A DNA stretch of 64,000 bases from Candidatus Latescibacterota bacterium (GTDB taxonomy: Bacteria; JAAXHH01): assembly GCA_022822725.1 (NCBI GenBank), contig JAJEAN010000007.1, positions 562,382 through 626,381 on the forward strand, in the 5' to 3' direction. The notes beneath the pieces were generated by a model. That model was given only the letters and a program-made list of their open reading frames with translations, was not told the origin of the DNA and did not search any database. This document shows, one piece after another, positions 17,930 through 27,448 of this stretch (position 1 is its first letter; the number at the start of each line of letters is the position of its first letter). A program made the position numbers and the translations under genes.

Positions 17930-19130
17930 AGCCATCCGCCCTGCGATCTTCAGCGGCGTACAATGGCCTGGCTGCTGCGTCAGCGTCGATGAGTTTTGCG
18001 GCCGCATCTTCGTCGATATCCAGCCCTAATCCAGGATTGTCGTTGGCGTAGAGGTGCCCGTCCTGCAGCACGCAGGCGCCGGGGAACGCCGCGTATTCCG
18101 CCTCGCTGAAGGTATTCTCCTCCTGGATCCCGAAACTCCAGCTCGACATATCCAGATGGACCGCTGCGGCCTGGTTGACCGGGTCGTTGTCGCCCCCTTC
18201 CTGCCAGGCGGTGTTGATGCCGAAGGACTCGCACAGGTTCGCGATCTTCCGGCACGGCGTGATGCCGCCCGCCTTGGATACGCGCACGCGGACGTAGTCG
18301 ATGAGCCGCTCGGTGATGAGAGGCGTCCATTCGTGGGGATTGACGAAGAGTTCGCCCATGGCCTGGGGCGTCGTGCACTGTTCCCTGATCAGGCGGTACC
18401 ACTGCACCTGCTCTGGGGGCAGTACGTCCTCCAGGAAGAAAAGCCGGTAGGGTTCGAGGCGCTTGGACAGGGTCACGGCGGACTGGGGCCGCAGGTGTTC
18501 GTGGACGTCGTGGGTCAGCTTGGGGCCGAATCCGAGTTTCGAACGCAGATACTCGAACATGTTTGGGATGGCCTCGATGTAGGCCTCGTCGTCGAAGACC
18601 TGGTCGGCGGGCCATGCGTTAGCCGGTCGGGGCGCATCCTCCGAAGGAATGAATCCCCCGCCGCCGTAACCGCCCAGCTGGCAGCGCACCACGGGGAAAC
18701 CTTCCTCAAGGTAGGCCTGTACCGCTTCCAGCAGGGCCTCCGGCGTGCTGCCGCCCGCGTGGGCGTAGCAAGGGACGGCGCTTCGGCATGCACCGCCCAG
18801 GAGCTGGTAGACGGGCATCCCGGCTTCCTTGCCCTTAATGTCCCACAGGGCCATGTCGATCCCGGAAAGGGCCGTGTTGGTGATGGCGCCGTTGCGCCAG
18901 TATCCGCTCGTGTAGAAGGTCTGCCAGATGTCCTCAATACGGCTGACGTCCCGCCCGATCAGCCTGGGGGCCAGCAAAGACTCGACGGCTTCGATGACGG
19001 CGCGCTGGTGGTAGTGGTCGCTCGCCGAACCGATGCCGTACAGCCCGGGTTGATTCGTTTCGATCTTGACGATGCCCCAGGTGCCGTTCGATCGCGTCCG
19101 GATGCACTTCACGCCGGTGATGGTCGTCAC
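17913..19130 (-). CDS. enolase-superfamily dehydratase, mandelate racemase/muconate lactonizing enzyme family (D-mannonate dehydratase ManD / RspA-like)
   Basis: 405 aa. N-terminal VKIETNQPGLYGIGSAS... and DMALWDIKGK motif typical of ManD/RspA subgroup. Confidence 0.85.
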   Translation of the reverse strand: MTTITGVKCIRTRSNGTWGIVKIETNQPGLYGIGSASDHYHQRAVIEAVESLLAPRLIGRDVSRIEDIWQTFYTSGYWRNGAITNTALSGIDMALWDIKGKEAGMPVYQLLGGACRSAVPCYAHAGGSTPEALLEAVQAYLEEGFPVVRCQLGGYGGGGFIPSEDAPRPANAWPADQVFDDEAYIEAIPNMFEYLRSKLGFGPKLTHDVHEHLRPQSAVTLSKRLEPYRLFFLEDVLPPEQVQWYRLIREQCTTPQAMGELFVNPHEWTPLITERLIDYVRVRVSKAGGITPCRKIANLCESFGINTAWQEGGDNDPVNQAAAVHLDMSSWSFGIQEENTFSEAEYAAFPGACVLQDGHLYANDNPGLGLDIDEDAAAKLIDADAAARPLYAAEDRRADGSIVRP

Positions 19131-19141
19131 GGTCCGCTCCT

Positions 19142-19936
19142 TTATTCGGTCGTAATTCGCTCACCGTCTTCGATAAAAGGTTCGGCGTTGCTCCAGATCC
19201 GCGAACCGTCCTCGGTGTAGATCGGTTCGGCGGAGTACTGGGTCAGGTAGACGCGGCGCCAGCCGTCGGAGGTGTTCGGGCTGCTGCGGTGGAAGGACAC
19301 GCTGGAGAATACGGCGATGCTCCCGGCCGGCGCGACCACGGGCACGCCGGGATCGTCCCCGAAGTATCCGATCTTGTCGTTCGAACCTGCTTCGACGGTG
19401 TGTTCCAACCGGTGCCGGGTCCCCGCCCGTGAAAAGGGCAGGATATAGACCGTGCCGTTCTCATCGGAGACGTCGTCGAGGGCGGCCCAGCAACTCAGGT
19501 AGGGCCGGTGGTCGAAGCCCACGTAGCCGGAGTCCTGGTGCCAGCCGAACTTCATGCCGACTTCGGGGCCCTTGACCACGAACTGCTCGTGGAAGAGAAA
19601 GGCCGTGTCGCCGAGGGTCGCGCGGCAGATTTCGGCCATGAGCTCGCTGAATATGAATGGACGCAGGCCTGGATTGTCCCGGTGGCGGTTCGAAATAAAC
19701 AACCGCCGGCCCTTGTGGGTTATGCCCTTGGCCGCGACCTCGGCCTGATCCATCTTCGCTTCTTCCTCGGCCGTCAACCGGTCGCACTCGCCGCGTATGT
19801 GCGCCAGCTGCGCGTCATCCAGGGCGGCCTCGAGGATGAAGTATCCCTCTTCCCGGTACTGCTCCTTTTGCGCGTCGCTGATCTTTAATGGGCTCTCGCC
19901 GGTTTCCTGTCCACTGCTGTTTGCTGTAAAGCTCAT
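19142..19936 (-). CDS. phytanoyl-CoA dioxygenase (PhyH) family Fe(II)/2-oxoglutarate-dependent oxygenase
   Basis: 264 aa. WHQDSGY iron-binding motif plus distal His (SFHRSSPN) characteristic of PhyH family. Confidence 0.8.
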   Translation of the reverse strand: MSFTANSSGQETGESPLKISDAQKEQYREEGYFILEAALDDAQLAHIRGECDRLTAEEEAKMDQAEVAAKGITHKGRRLFISNRHRDNPGLRPFIFSELMAEICRATLGDTAFLFHEQFVVKGPEVGMKFGWHQDSGYVGFDHRPYLSCWAALDDVSDENGTVYILPFSRAGTRHRLEHTVEAGSNDKIGYFGDDPGVPVVAPAGSIAVFSSVSFHRSSPNTSDGWRRVYLTQYSAEPIYTEDGSRIWSNAEPFIEDGERITTE

Positions 19937-19938
19937 TG

Positions 19939-20697
19939 TTATCCTCGTCCTATGTAGGGCATGGTGGTCGCCATGACCGTGATGAACTGTACGTTTGCGT
20001 CAAGGGGCAGTCCCGCCATGAAGACGACGGCGTCGGCCACGTTCTTCACGTGCATCCTCGCCTCGGCCAACAGGTCGCCCGTGGGCTGCAGGACGCCCTC
20101 CTGCATCCGCTCCGTCATCTCCGTGGCCGCATTGCCGATGTCGATCTGGCCGCAGGCGATGTTATACTTCCGGCCATCCAGGGAAGTCGAACGCGTCAAA
20201 CCGGTTACGGCATGTTTCGTAGCCGTGTACGGCGCCGAGTTCGGCCGGGGCACATGGGCGGAGACCGAACCGTTGTTGATGATCCGGCCGCCCTGCGGAT
20301 CCTGGTCCTTCATGATCCCGAAGGCCTCCTTCGTGCAGAGGAAGGAACCCGTCAGGTTGACGTCCACCACGGTCTGCCACTGTTCGGCCGTCAGCTCCTC
20401 GAGAAGCACCGCGGGGGCGCCGGTTCCGGCGTTGTTGAAGAGCAGGTCCAGCCGTCCGTGAACCGCCTTTGTTTCGGCGAAGAGGTGCTCGACCTGTGAT
20501 GCGACCCCCACGTCCGTGGGGACGATAAGCAGTCGGTCCGCGGCGTCGCCGGCCTCGGCCACGGTCGACTCCAGGGCTTCTTTCCGTCGGCCGGCCAGGA
20601 CCACGCGGTAGCCGTCTTCCAGCAACGCCAGGGAACAGGCCTTGCCGATGCCCGAACCCGCTCCGGTAACGACGGCGACCTTGGTGGAGTCACTCAT
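19939..20697 (-). CDS. SDR family oxidoreductase (short-chain dehydrogenase/reductase)
   Basis: [14 protein letters not shown] cofactor motif, NNAG, YxxxK (YTATKHAV). Confidence 0.9.
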   Translation of the reverse strand: MSDSTKVAVVTGAGSGIGKACSLALLEDGYRVVLAGRRKEALESTVAEAGDAADRLLIVPTDVGVASQVEHLFAETKAVHGRLDLLFNNAGTGAPAVLLEELTAEQWQTVVDVNLTGSFLCTKEAFGIMKDQDPQGGRIINNGSVSAHVPRPNSAPYTATKHAVTGLTRSTSLDGRKYNIACGQIDIGNAATEMTERMQEGVLQPTGDLLAEARMHVKNVADAVVFMAGLPLDANVQFITVMATTMPYIGRG

Positions 20698-20973
20698 TTT
20701 ACGCTCCTTAATCCTGATTCAGTTGTAGATACATTGTATACACGCAAGCCGCTGGTCAGGACCATCACGGGGCTGTCTACCGATCTGACCGAAACGCCGA
20801 TTGCCGATCCCGTTTACTGATCCCGTTTACAGATCCCGGTATCCATACGCCCTGCAACTAACAAATCCATTCAGCTCTCTGCAATCCTTTTTCGCGAGTA
20901 CAGCGTCGCGGCGCCATGAGGGGCGTCGTCCATCCCAAATTCAGATCCGCAGCGCCATGCGGGGCACCATTCA

Positions 20974-22047
20974 TCACGAATACGGGTCTGCGGCGTCGCG
21001 CAACGCGTCTCCGAGGAAGTTGAAGGCGATGACGACGACCAGCACCGGCGCGGCGGGGAATAGAAGCCAGGGATGGTTGAGCAGCACCGTGACGCGCTGC
21101 GCTTCCTCGAGCAGCACGCCCCAGCTGGTCATGGGGGGCCGGATGCCCAGTCCCAGGAAGCTCAGGGCCGTTTCTCCCAGGATCATGCCCGGGATGGCCA
21201 GCGTGGCCACGACGATGATGTGGCTGTAGCAGCCGGGCAGCAGGTGGCGCGAGATGATGTACCAGTGCCCCGCGCCGGCGGAACGTGCCGCCGTCGTGTA
21301 GTCCTGCTCGCGGAAGACGAGGACCTTGCCCCGGACTTCGCGGGCCAGGCCGCCCCAGCTGATGATGGACAGGATGATCGTGATGCCCAGGTAGGTCTCG
21401 ATACTTGTCCATGCGGCGGGCAGCGCCGCCCCGAGCGCCATCCACAGCGGTATCGGCGGAAAGGAGGCCAGGATCTCGACGACACGCTGAAGGGCGTGGT
21501 CGATCCAGCCGCCGAAGTAGCCGGAGAGCGTGCCGAGGACGGATCCGAGGATCAGGCTGAGGAAGACGCCGATGATCCCCACGGTAAGCGAAACGCGGGC
21601 GCCGTGGAAGATGCGCGAGAGCAGGTCGCGGCCCATGCGGTCCGTCCCGAGCAGGTACATGGGACCTTCCGAATGGACCAGCCGGAAGTCGCCGCTTGCG
21701 TCCCTCGACAGGAACCGGACCGGGTAACGCCGGCTCTGGTCCGTCTCGTACGCCAGTTCGAGGGTGACCGGGTTCTGCGTGGAGGTAAGGCCGTAGACGT
21801 AGAACCCCTCTGACCAGTCGAAATGCAGGTCCTGGGGCGGAAGGTACCGGACCTGGATCCGGATTTCGTTATGGTCGTAGGGGGAGAAATACCCGGCGAA
21901 GATCGCCACGAGGTAAAACAGTCCCAGGACGACTCCCGCCGCGATGCCCATCCGGTTCTTCCGGAACCGCCGCCAGATCAGCGCACGGTAGCTGAGATAG
22001 CCCGCATCCTGGACCGTTTCCATCGGGTCGACCGTGGTCGTGGTCAT
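20974..22047 (-). CDS. peptide/nickel ABC transporter permease (DppC/OppC-like)
   Basis: 6-TM permease with EAA-loop region; last gene of minus-strand operon ATPase-ATPase-SBP-permease-permease. Confidence 0.85.
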   Translation of the reverse strand: MTTTTVDPMETVQDAGYLSYRALIWRRFRKNRMGIAAGVVLGLFYLVAIFAGYFSPYDHNEIRIQVRYLPPQDLHFDWSEGFYVYGLTSTQNPVTLELAYETDQSRRYPVRFLSRDASGDFRLVHSEGPMYLLGTDRMGRDLLSRIFHGARVSLTVGIIGVFLSLILGSVLGTLSGYFGGWIDHALQRVVEILASFPPIPLWMALGAALPAAWTSIETYLGITIILSIISWGGLAREVRGKVLVFREQDYTTAARSAGAGHWYIISRHLLPGCYSHIIVVATLAIPGMILGETALSFLGLGIRPPMTSWGVLLEEAQRVTVLLNHPWLLFPAAPVLVVVIAFNFLGDALRDAADPYS

Positions 22048-22101
22048 GGGTTTGCTCCGCGTTCTACTCGAACGCCTCCATCTGCTTTCGAGGCCGCAAG
22101 G

Positions 22102-23088
22102 CTACTCATACCGTATCCTCGGGTCCGCCCAGGCCAGCGCGATGTCGGCCAGGATGTTGCCGATGATCAGGAGCAGGCTGAACATCATCAGCAGGGTACC
22201 GGCCAGGTAGATGTCCTCTGCGACCAGGGCCCGCAGCAGCAACGGCCCCACGGTGGGCAGGCCCAGGACGATCGCCACGATCGTGGCCCCGGAGAGGATG
22301 TTCGGCAGGCTCATGCCCAGGATCGTGATCAGCGGGTTGATGGCGATACGCGCCGCGTGCTTGATGACGACGACGGACTCCTTGAGGCCCTTGGCCCGGG
22401 CCGTCTGTACGAAGGGCTGGCCGAGAACGTCCAGGAGATTGCCGCGCATGATGCGCATCAGGCCGGCCGTCCCGTTGATGCCCACCACGATGACCGGTAT
22501 CCAGAGGTGCTTCAGGAAGTCGACGAGCTTGTCCCACGTCCAGGGCGCGCCTTCGTACTCGCTTGAGAAGAGGCCGAACAGGGGAATCCTGTAGATCTCG
22601 AACACGAAGACCAGGAGGGCCAGGGCCAGGAGGAATCCCGGCATGGACATGCCGATGAAGCTGATGAAAGACAGCACGTTGTCGGACAGGCGGTACTGGT
22701 GGGTAGCCGAATAGATGCCGATGGGGATCGCCACGGCGTAGGTGAAAAGCAGGGCGCCCAGGGCGATGAGCACGGTGAAAGCGAGCCGGTCCCAGATCAG
22801 CGAGTTGACTTCCTGCTCGTATTCGAAGGATTCGCCGAAATCACCCACGACGAACCCCGAGATCCAGTTCACGTACTGCCTCCACATGGGCTGGTCCAGG
22901 CCGTATCGTTCCCGCAGCTCGTCGATGCGGGCGATGGAGCTGCTGTCGCCGTACATCTCCTCCAGTTCCTGGATCTTGCGGTCCAGGAAGTCGCCCTCGG
23001 GCAACTGGATGATGACGAAGCCGATCATGGAAATGGCAAGGAGGGTCGGGATGGCGAGAAGGCAGCGCTGTATGACGTAGGTGATCAT
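22102..23088 (-). CDS. peptide/nickel ABC transporter permease (DppB/OppB-like)
   Basis: MITYVIQRCLLAIPTLLAISMIGFVIIQLPEGDF N-terminus typical of DppB/OppB. Confidence 0.85.
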   Translation of the reverse strand: MITYVIQRCLLAIPTLLAISMIGFVIIQLPEGDFLDRKIQELEEMYGDSSSIARIDELRERYGLDQPMWRQYVNWISGFVVGDFGESFEYEQEVNSLIWDRLAFTVLIALGALLFTYAVAIPIGIYSATHQYRLSDNVLSFISFIGMSMPGFLLALALLVFVFEIYRIPLFGLFSSEYEGAPWTWDKLVDFLKHLWIPVIVVGINGTAGLMRIMRGNLLDVLGQPFVQTARAKGLKESVVVIKHAARIAINPLITILGMSLPNILSGATIVAIVLGLPTVGPLLLRALVAEDIYLAGTLLMMFSLLLIIGNILADIALAWADPRIRYE

Positions 23089-23153
23089 GGTTTAGACAAA
23101 GGCTACACCGCGGTCCGTGAACTGCCCGGTATGCGGTTTAAGTGATCATCCCT

Positions 23154-25232
23154 TCAGTCGATGTAGAACTGCTCGGGGAAACTCGTCGCCGGGCCGGCGA
23201 TGGCCCAGGGGCCGAGAATGCCCGAGTCGGGTACGTTATGGAAGTTGTTCTTCACTATGACGGGCCTGGGCGTGCGGGCCGCGGTGCCCAGGTGGAAGGG
23301 CCCGTGCTCGATATGGATCCGCACGGCGTCCTGTACCAGGCGGTGCCGGGCTTCCAGGTCCTGCTCGTGTTTGATCCGGTCGTAGATGTCGAGCAGCTCG
23401 ATCATGACGCCCGTAGGCGCTTCGCCCCTTTCGCCGCCTGATTCGTACCATTTGCCCACCTGGGGGTGCCAGTACTTTCCGGAAGTCGGAAACACCCAGT
23501 CCGGATAGGTGAACAGGTCCATTTCCGCCTCGCCGTGGAGATGGGCGGTGAACTCGCCGAGGTCGCGGCGCAGCTTGAGTTCGGCTCCGGGCGGCGTGTA
23601 TACGATGACCTCCATCCCCAGTACCCGCCAACCCTCGGCCACGATCAGGGCGACGTCGTTTTCATGGGCGATGTGCGCCGCCGCCGGCGCGTCCAGCACG
23701 AGGGTAAGCCGCTGGCCGTCGGGACGAAGCCGGTATCCCTCGTCGTCGCGGCGGGTGAGCCCCATCTCGTCCAGCAACCGGTTCGCCTGCCGCAGGTCGA
23801 AGTCCGCGTCGGTGGCTTTCCACAGGTCGAATAGTCGTGCACCTTCCGGATCCAGGAAATGCCAGCCCTCCTCGCTCACGGTGGCGGCCTGGGGTTTCGC
23901 AAGGCCCTTGAAGGCGACGGCGTTGCACTTCTCGCGGTCGATGGCCGCGGCGAGCGCCTTGCGGAACCGCTGGTCGCGGATCAGGCCGCGGAGGACCGGG
24001 TCGTTGTCCGACCAGTTCAGGTTGATCGCCGGATCCGATCCGGAAGCGCTCTCCCATAACTTGACGCGGTAATCTCCCTTTTCCCGGCTTTCCATGAACA
24101 GGGAAAAGTCCCGGAGTTCAAGATCGCGGAACTGGCAGTCCACCTCGCCGGCCAGCACCCTGAGGACCCGGATCTGGGCTTCGGGAACCAGCGTGGTGAC
24201 CACCTGGTCGATGTAGGGCAGCTGCCGGCCGTGGTCGTCCACGACGTAGTAATAGGGGTTCCGCTCCAGGATCACCCGGAAGCCGCCCTTTTCGATGCGG
24301 GTGATCGTCCACGGCCACAGGGAGGGCTGTTCGGGATTGCGCTGGGGCAGCCTGTGCTTCTCGTACAGGACGAAATCGTCCACGTCGTCGTTGTGGTCCG
24401 GGTGGAACTGCTTCATATAGTGCTCCGGCACGTTGTACTCTTCGCTCCACCAGAACCCGGTCGCCAGCCACAAGGGCACCAGCCAGTTGGGTCCGGCGAA
24501 CTTCATGACGATGGTGTAGTCGTCCGGGGTCTCGACCTCCATGGGCTTGCCGTCCACGAGGCACCACACGGGCGGCGGGTACCGGTGGCGGTCGTCGAGG
24601 CACAGGTCGTACCAGGCGCGGAAGGATGCCGAGGTATAGGGATGGCCGTCGGACCACCGTACGCCCTCGCGCAGCTTGAGCGTCAGTTCCGTTCCGTCCT
24701 CGTTGAACGTCCACGATTCCGCCAGGCCCGGTTCGAGCCCCGTGGTCCTCCGGTTCCATCGGATCAGCGGGGCGTAGCCGGCGATCATCTTCCAGGTGCC
24801 GAGATCGGTGTTGTTGTGAAACTGGCGCCAGGTCCCGCCGTAGATCCCGGGCCCATCGTATCCCTCGTAGTCGTGTCTGGCCACAAGCGGGTTGGCCGGG
24901 ATCCGCTCCTGCAGGGGCGGCAGGGCGCCCGCCGCCACCCGGGCGGCCAGTTGGGGCGCCTCCTTGCGGGAAAGATCCAGCGAACGGATCGCCGGAGATT
25001 CCGTTGCGGATTCGCCGCCGGCGCAGGCCAGCACACCGACGCAGGCCAGCATACCGACGCAGGCCAGCATACCGCTGCGAGCCAGCATCCCGAAGCGAGC
25101 CAACATCCCGGCGCAGGCCAGCATACCGCCGCGAGCCAGCATATCGCCGCTAGCCAGCATACCGCTGCGAGTCGTGCCGAAGCAAGCCGCAAGGGATACG
25201 CGTGCCGGGGTTTTGGGAAGGTGTCTGTTCAT
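23154..25232 (-). CDS. ABC transporter substrate-binding protein, family 5 (peptide/nickel)
   Basis: The 995-aa ORF 23154..26141 runs into the upstream ATPase in another frame. Plausible start is ATG 25232 (MNRHLPKTPARVSLAA...). Family-5 SBP core follows. N-terminal region contains an 18-bp tandem repeat. Confidence 0.8.
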   Translation of the reverse strand: MNRHLPKTPARVSLAACFGTTRSGMLASGDMLARGGMLACAGMLARFGMLARSGMLACVGMLACVGVLACAGGESATESPAIRSLDLSRKEAPQLAARVAAGALPPLQERIPANPLVARHDYEGYDGPGIYGGTWRQFHNNTDLGTWKMIAGYAPLIRWNRRTTGLEPGLAESWTFNEDGTELTLKLREGVRWSDGHPYTSASFRAWYDLCLDDRHRYPPPVWCLVDGKPMEVETPDDYTIVMKFAGPNWLVPLWLATGFWWSEEYNVPEHYMKQFHPDHNDDVDDFVLYEKHRLPQRNPEQPSLWPWTITRIEKGGFRVILERNPYYYVVDDHGRQLPYIDQVVTTLVPEAQIRVLRVLAGEVDCQFRDLELRDFSLFMESREKGDYRVKLWESASGSDPAINLNWSDNDPVLRGLIRDQRFRKALAAAIDREKCNAVAFKGLAKPQAATVSEEGWHFLDPEGARLFDLWKATDADFDLRQANRLLDEMGLTRRDDEGYRLRPDGQRLTLVLDAPAAAHIAHENDVALIVAEGWRVLGMEVIVYTPPGAELKLRRDLGEFTAHLHGEAEMDLFTYPDWVFPTSGKYWHPQVGKWYESGGERGEAPTGVMIELLDIYDRIKHEQDLEARHRLVQDAVRIHIEHGPFHLGTAARTPRPVIVKNNFHNVPDSGILGPWAIAGPATSFPEQFYID
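25027..25170. repeat. 18-bp tandem repeat, 8 copies (gccagcataccgacgcag-like), in frame inside the signal-peptide region of the SBP gene
   Basis: Direct reading; encodes (G-M-L-A-C/R-A/S)n on the minus strand. Confidence 0.9.
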
Positions 25233-25252
25233 CAGTGCTGTGTCATTCTGGC

Positions 25253-26260
25253 TCAAATGCCCTGGAGAGACAGCGTGTCGCCGTAATGGCACGCCGCCTT
25301 GACGCCTCCGGGATAGGTCTTTAGTTCCGGTTCGGATTCCCGGCACAGGTCCGTGGCGTGCCGGCACCTCGGATGAAAGTGACATCCTTTCGGCGGCGAC
25401 GCGGGATCGGGAACGTCGCCGGTCAGGGCGACGCGCGCCCGTTTCTTCTGTACCGCGGGATCGGCCACCGGGACGGCGGAGATCAAGGCCTCCGTGTAAG
25501 GGTGCAGCGGATGGTGGTAGACCTGTTCGGCAGGACCCGTTTCCACGATCCGGCCGAGGTACATGATCGCTACCCGGTCGCTGATGTGCTGCAGCACGCT
25601 CAGGTCGTGGGTGATGAAGATGTAGGAAAGGCCCATGCGGTCCTTGAGCGAGGCCAGGAGGTTCAGTATCTGGGACTGCACGGATACGTCCAGGGCCGAT
25701 ACGGGCTCGTCCGCGATGATCAATTCGGGCTGGAGGGACAGGGCCCGGGCGATGCCGATGCGCTGGCGCTGGCCTCCGCTGAAGGCGTGGGGATAGCGGC
25801 GCATGTCCCCGGCGTTCAGCCCCACATCGGCCAGTAGGCCGGCCACGCGGTCCTCCAGTTCGGACCCACGGGCCAGTCCGTTCACACGGAGCGGTTCCCC
25901 CACGATGTCGCTCACCGTCATACGGGGGTTGAGGGACGAGTTCGGGTCCTGGAACACCATTTGCATCCGGTGCCGGTAGGGACGCATTTCGCGTCGGTCC
26001 AGGGGACTGAGATTCACTCGCTCCGCGCCGAAGTAGATATCGCCGTCCGTCGGCGGGATCGTCTTCAGCACACACCGTCCCAGCGTCGTCTTGCCGCACC
26101 CGCTTTCGCCCGCCAGGCCGAGGGTCTCCCCGGTGCCGCACTGAAAATCAACGCCGTCCACCGCCCGGACGTCGCCCCGCTTGCGCCGCCAGAGTCCTTT
26201 TCGAATCGGAAAGTACTTCTTCAGATTCCGGACGTCGAGGATGGTTTCCATATCAGGCAT
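25253..26260 (-). CDS. peptide ABC transporter ATP-binding protein (DppF/OppF-like)
   Basis: Walker [10 protein letters not shown], signature LSGGQRQR, Walker B ADEP, C-terminal oligopeptide-ATPase extension. Confidence 0.9.
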   Translation of the reverse strand: MPDMETILDVRNLKKYFPIRKGLWRRKRGDVRAVDGVDFQCGTGETLGLAGESGCGKTTLGRCVLKTIPPTDGDIYFGAERVNLSPLDRREMRPYRHRMQMVFQDPNSSLNPRMTVSDIVGEPLRVNGLARGSELEDRVAGLLADVGLNAGDMRRYPHAFSGGQRQRIGIARALSLQPELIIADEPVSALDVSVQSQILNLLASLKDRMGLSYIFITHDLSVLQHISDRVAIMYLGRIVETGPAEQVYHHPLHPYTEALISAVPVADPAVQKKRARVALTGDVPDPASPPKGCHFHPRCRHATDLCRESEPELKTYPGGVKAACHYGDTLSLQGI

Positions 26261-27257
26261 CCTGCGCGACCTTGTCCGCGTGCCAGCAGCGAACCCGGTG
26301 TCCCGGTTCGGTTTCCTCCACGGGGGGCATCGAGGCGCACTGCTCCGTGGCGTAACGGCATCGAGGCGCGAAAGCGCAGCCTTCCGGCAGGTTGAGCGGA
26401 GACGGTACCGTGCCCGGGATCGTGGACAGCTGCGATGGTTTCTCCCTGCCGATCCGAGGCGCCGATTCGAGCAGTCCCCGGGTATACGGATGGGCCGGCT
26501 GGTAGAAAATCCGTTCAGGCGATCCGGTTTCGACGATCTGCCCCGCGTACATGATCATGATTTCGTCGGCCATGTCGGCGATGACGCCCAGGTCGTGGGT
26601 TATCATCACTATGGCCATGTTCAGGTCTTCTTTCAGCTCCTTGAGCAGATCGAGGATCTGCGCCTGGATGGTCACGTCCAGCGCCGTGGTGGGCTCGTCG
26701 GCGATCAGGAGTTCGGGACCGCAAGACAGGGCCATGGCGATCATGGCGCGTTGCCGCATGCCGCCGGAAAGCTCGTGGGGATACTCGTCCACCCTCTGCA
26801 ACGGGCCGGGGATGCCGACTTCGGACAAGGCCTCCACCGCCCGGTTGCGTGCGGACTTCCGGTCCATGCCATGGTGAAGGCGCAGCGCCTCGCCGATCTG
26901 ACTGCCCACGGTGTATACGGGGTTGAGGGCGGTCATGGGCTCCTGGAAGATCATGGAGATCCTTCGGCCCCGGATTCGGCGCATGGCGTCGCCCCCCGGC
27001 TCGAGGTCGTGTATGTCGACGGTTGCTCCGTCTTCCCTTTCATGGTAGGTGATCTTTCCTTCGATGTACCCCGGTTTCGGGACCAGCCGCATGAGGGAGA
27101 GCCCCATCATGCTCTTGCCGCACCCGCTTTCACCCACCACGCCAAGGGTTCTGCCCCGCCTGATCCGGAAGGAGACGTCCCGCACGGCCCGGACGGGACC
27201 GTCGTCTGTGGGGATCACGGCTGAGAGGTGTGAGACATCAAGGAGAAGGTCTTGCAT
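26253..27257 (-). CDS. peptide ABC transporter ATP-binding protein (DppD/OppD-like)
   Basis: Walker A GESGCGKS, signature LSGGMRQR, Walker B ADEP; 8-bp overlap with downstream ATPase. Confidence 0.9.
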   Translation of the reverse strand: MQDLLLDVSHLSAVIPTDDGPVRAVRDVSFRIRRGRTLGVVGESGCGKSMMGLSLMRLVPKPGYIEGKITYHEREDGATVDIHDLEPGGDAMRRIRGRRISMIFQEPMTALNPVYTVGSQIGEALRLHHGMDRKSARNRAVEALSEVGIPGPLQRVDEYPHELSGGMRQRAMIAMALSCGPELLIADEPTTALDVTIQAQILDLLKELKEDLNMAIVMITHDLGVIADMADEIMIMYAGQIVETGSPERIFYQPAHPYTRGLLESAPRIGREKPSQLSTIPGTVPSPLNLPEGCAFAPRCRYATEQCASMPPVEETEPGHRVRCWHADKVAQDA

Positions 27258-27388
27258 ACAGGGTCATTTTAACGCTCCTTTCGAAGGTCTGTCAAGGTGA
27301 TACCGCCTCCTGCCGCAACGGGAATATTGAAGAAACGTGACCGGAAGTTTGTAGGAAGTAGGACTATAAACACTCACCACGTAATCGT

Positions 27389-27418
27389 ATCTACAGTGCT
27401 GAGGATCTACAGTGCTGA
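27389..27418. promoter_or_regulatory. direct repeat atctacagtgctga x2 (period 16) ~30 bp upstream of the aminotransferase start; candidate regulator-binding site in a divergent promoter region
   Basis: Direct reading; GAAGGAG RBS at 27436-27442 precedes ATG 27449. Confidence 0.3.
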
Positions 27419-27448
27419 ATTTACCCAGGTTACCTGAAGGAGTCGAAT

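Noticed and set aside
25027-25170. Tandem arrays considered as possible CRISPR arrays
   Set aside because: Units are directly adjacent with no unique spacers, are short (9-24 bp), and several are in frame within genes. No cas genes in the window.
25233-26141. N-terminal 300 residues of the 995-aa ORF 23154..26141
   Set aside because: This part overlaps the DppF-like ATPase in another frame and is Arg/Pro-rich. The SBP most plausibly starts at ATG 25232.
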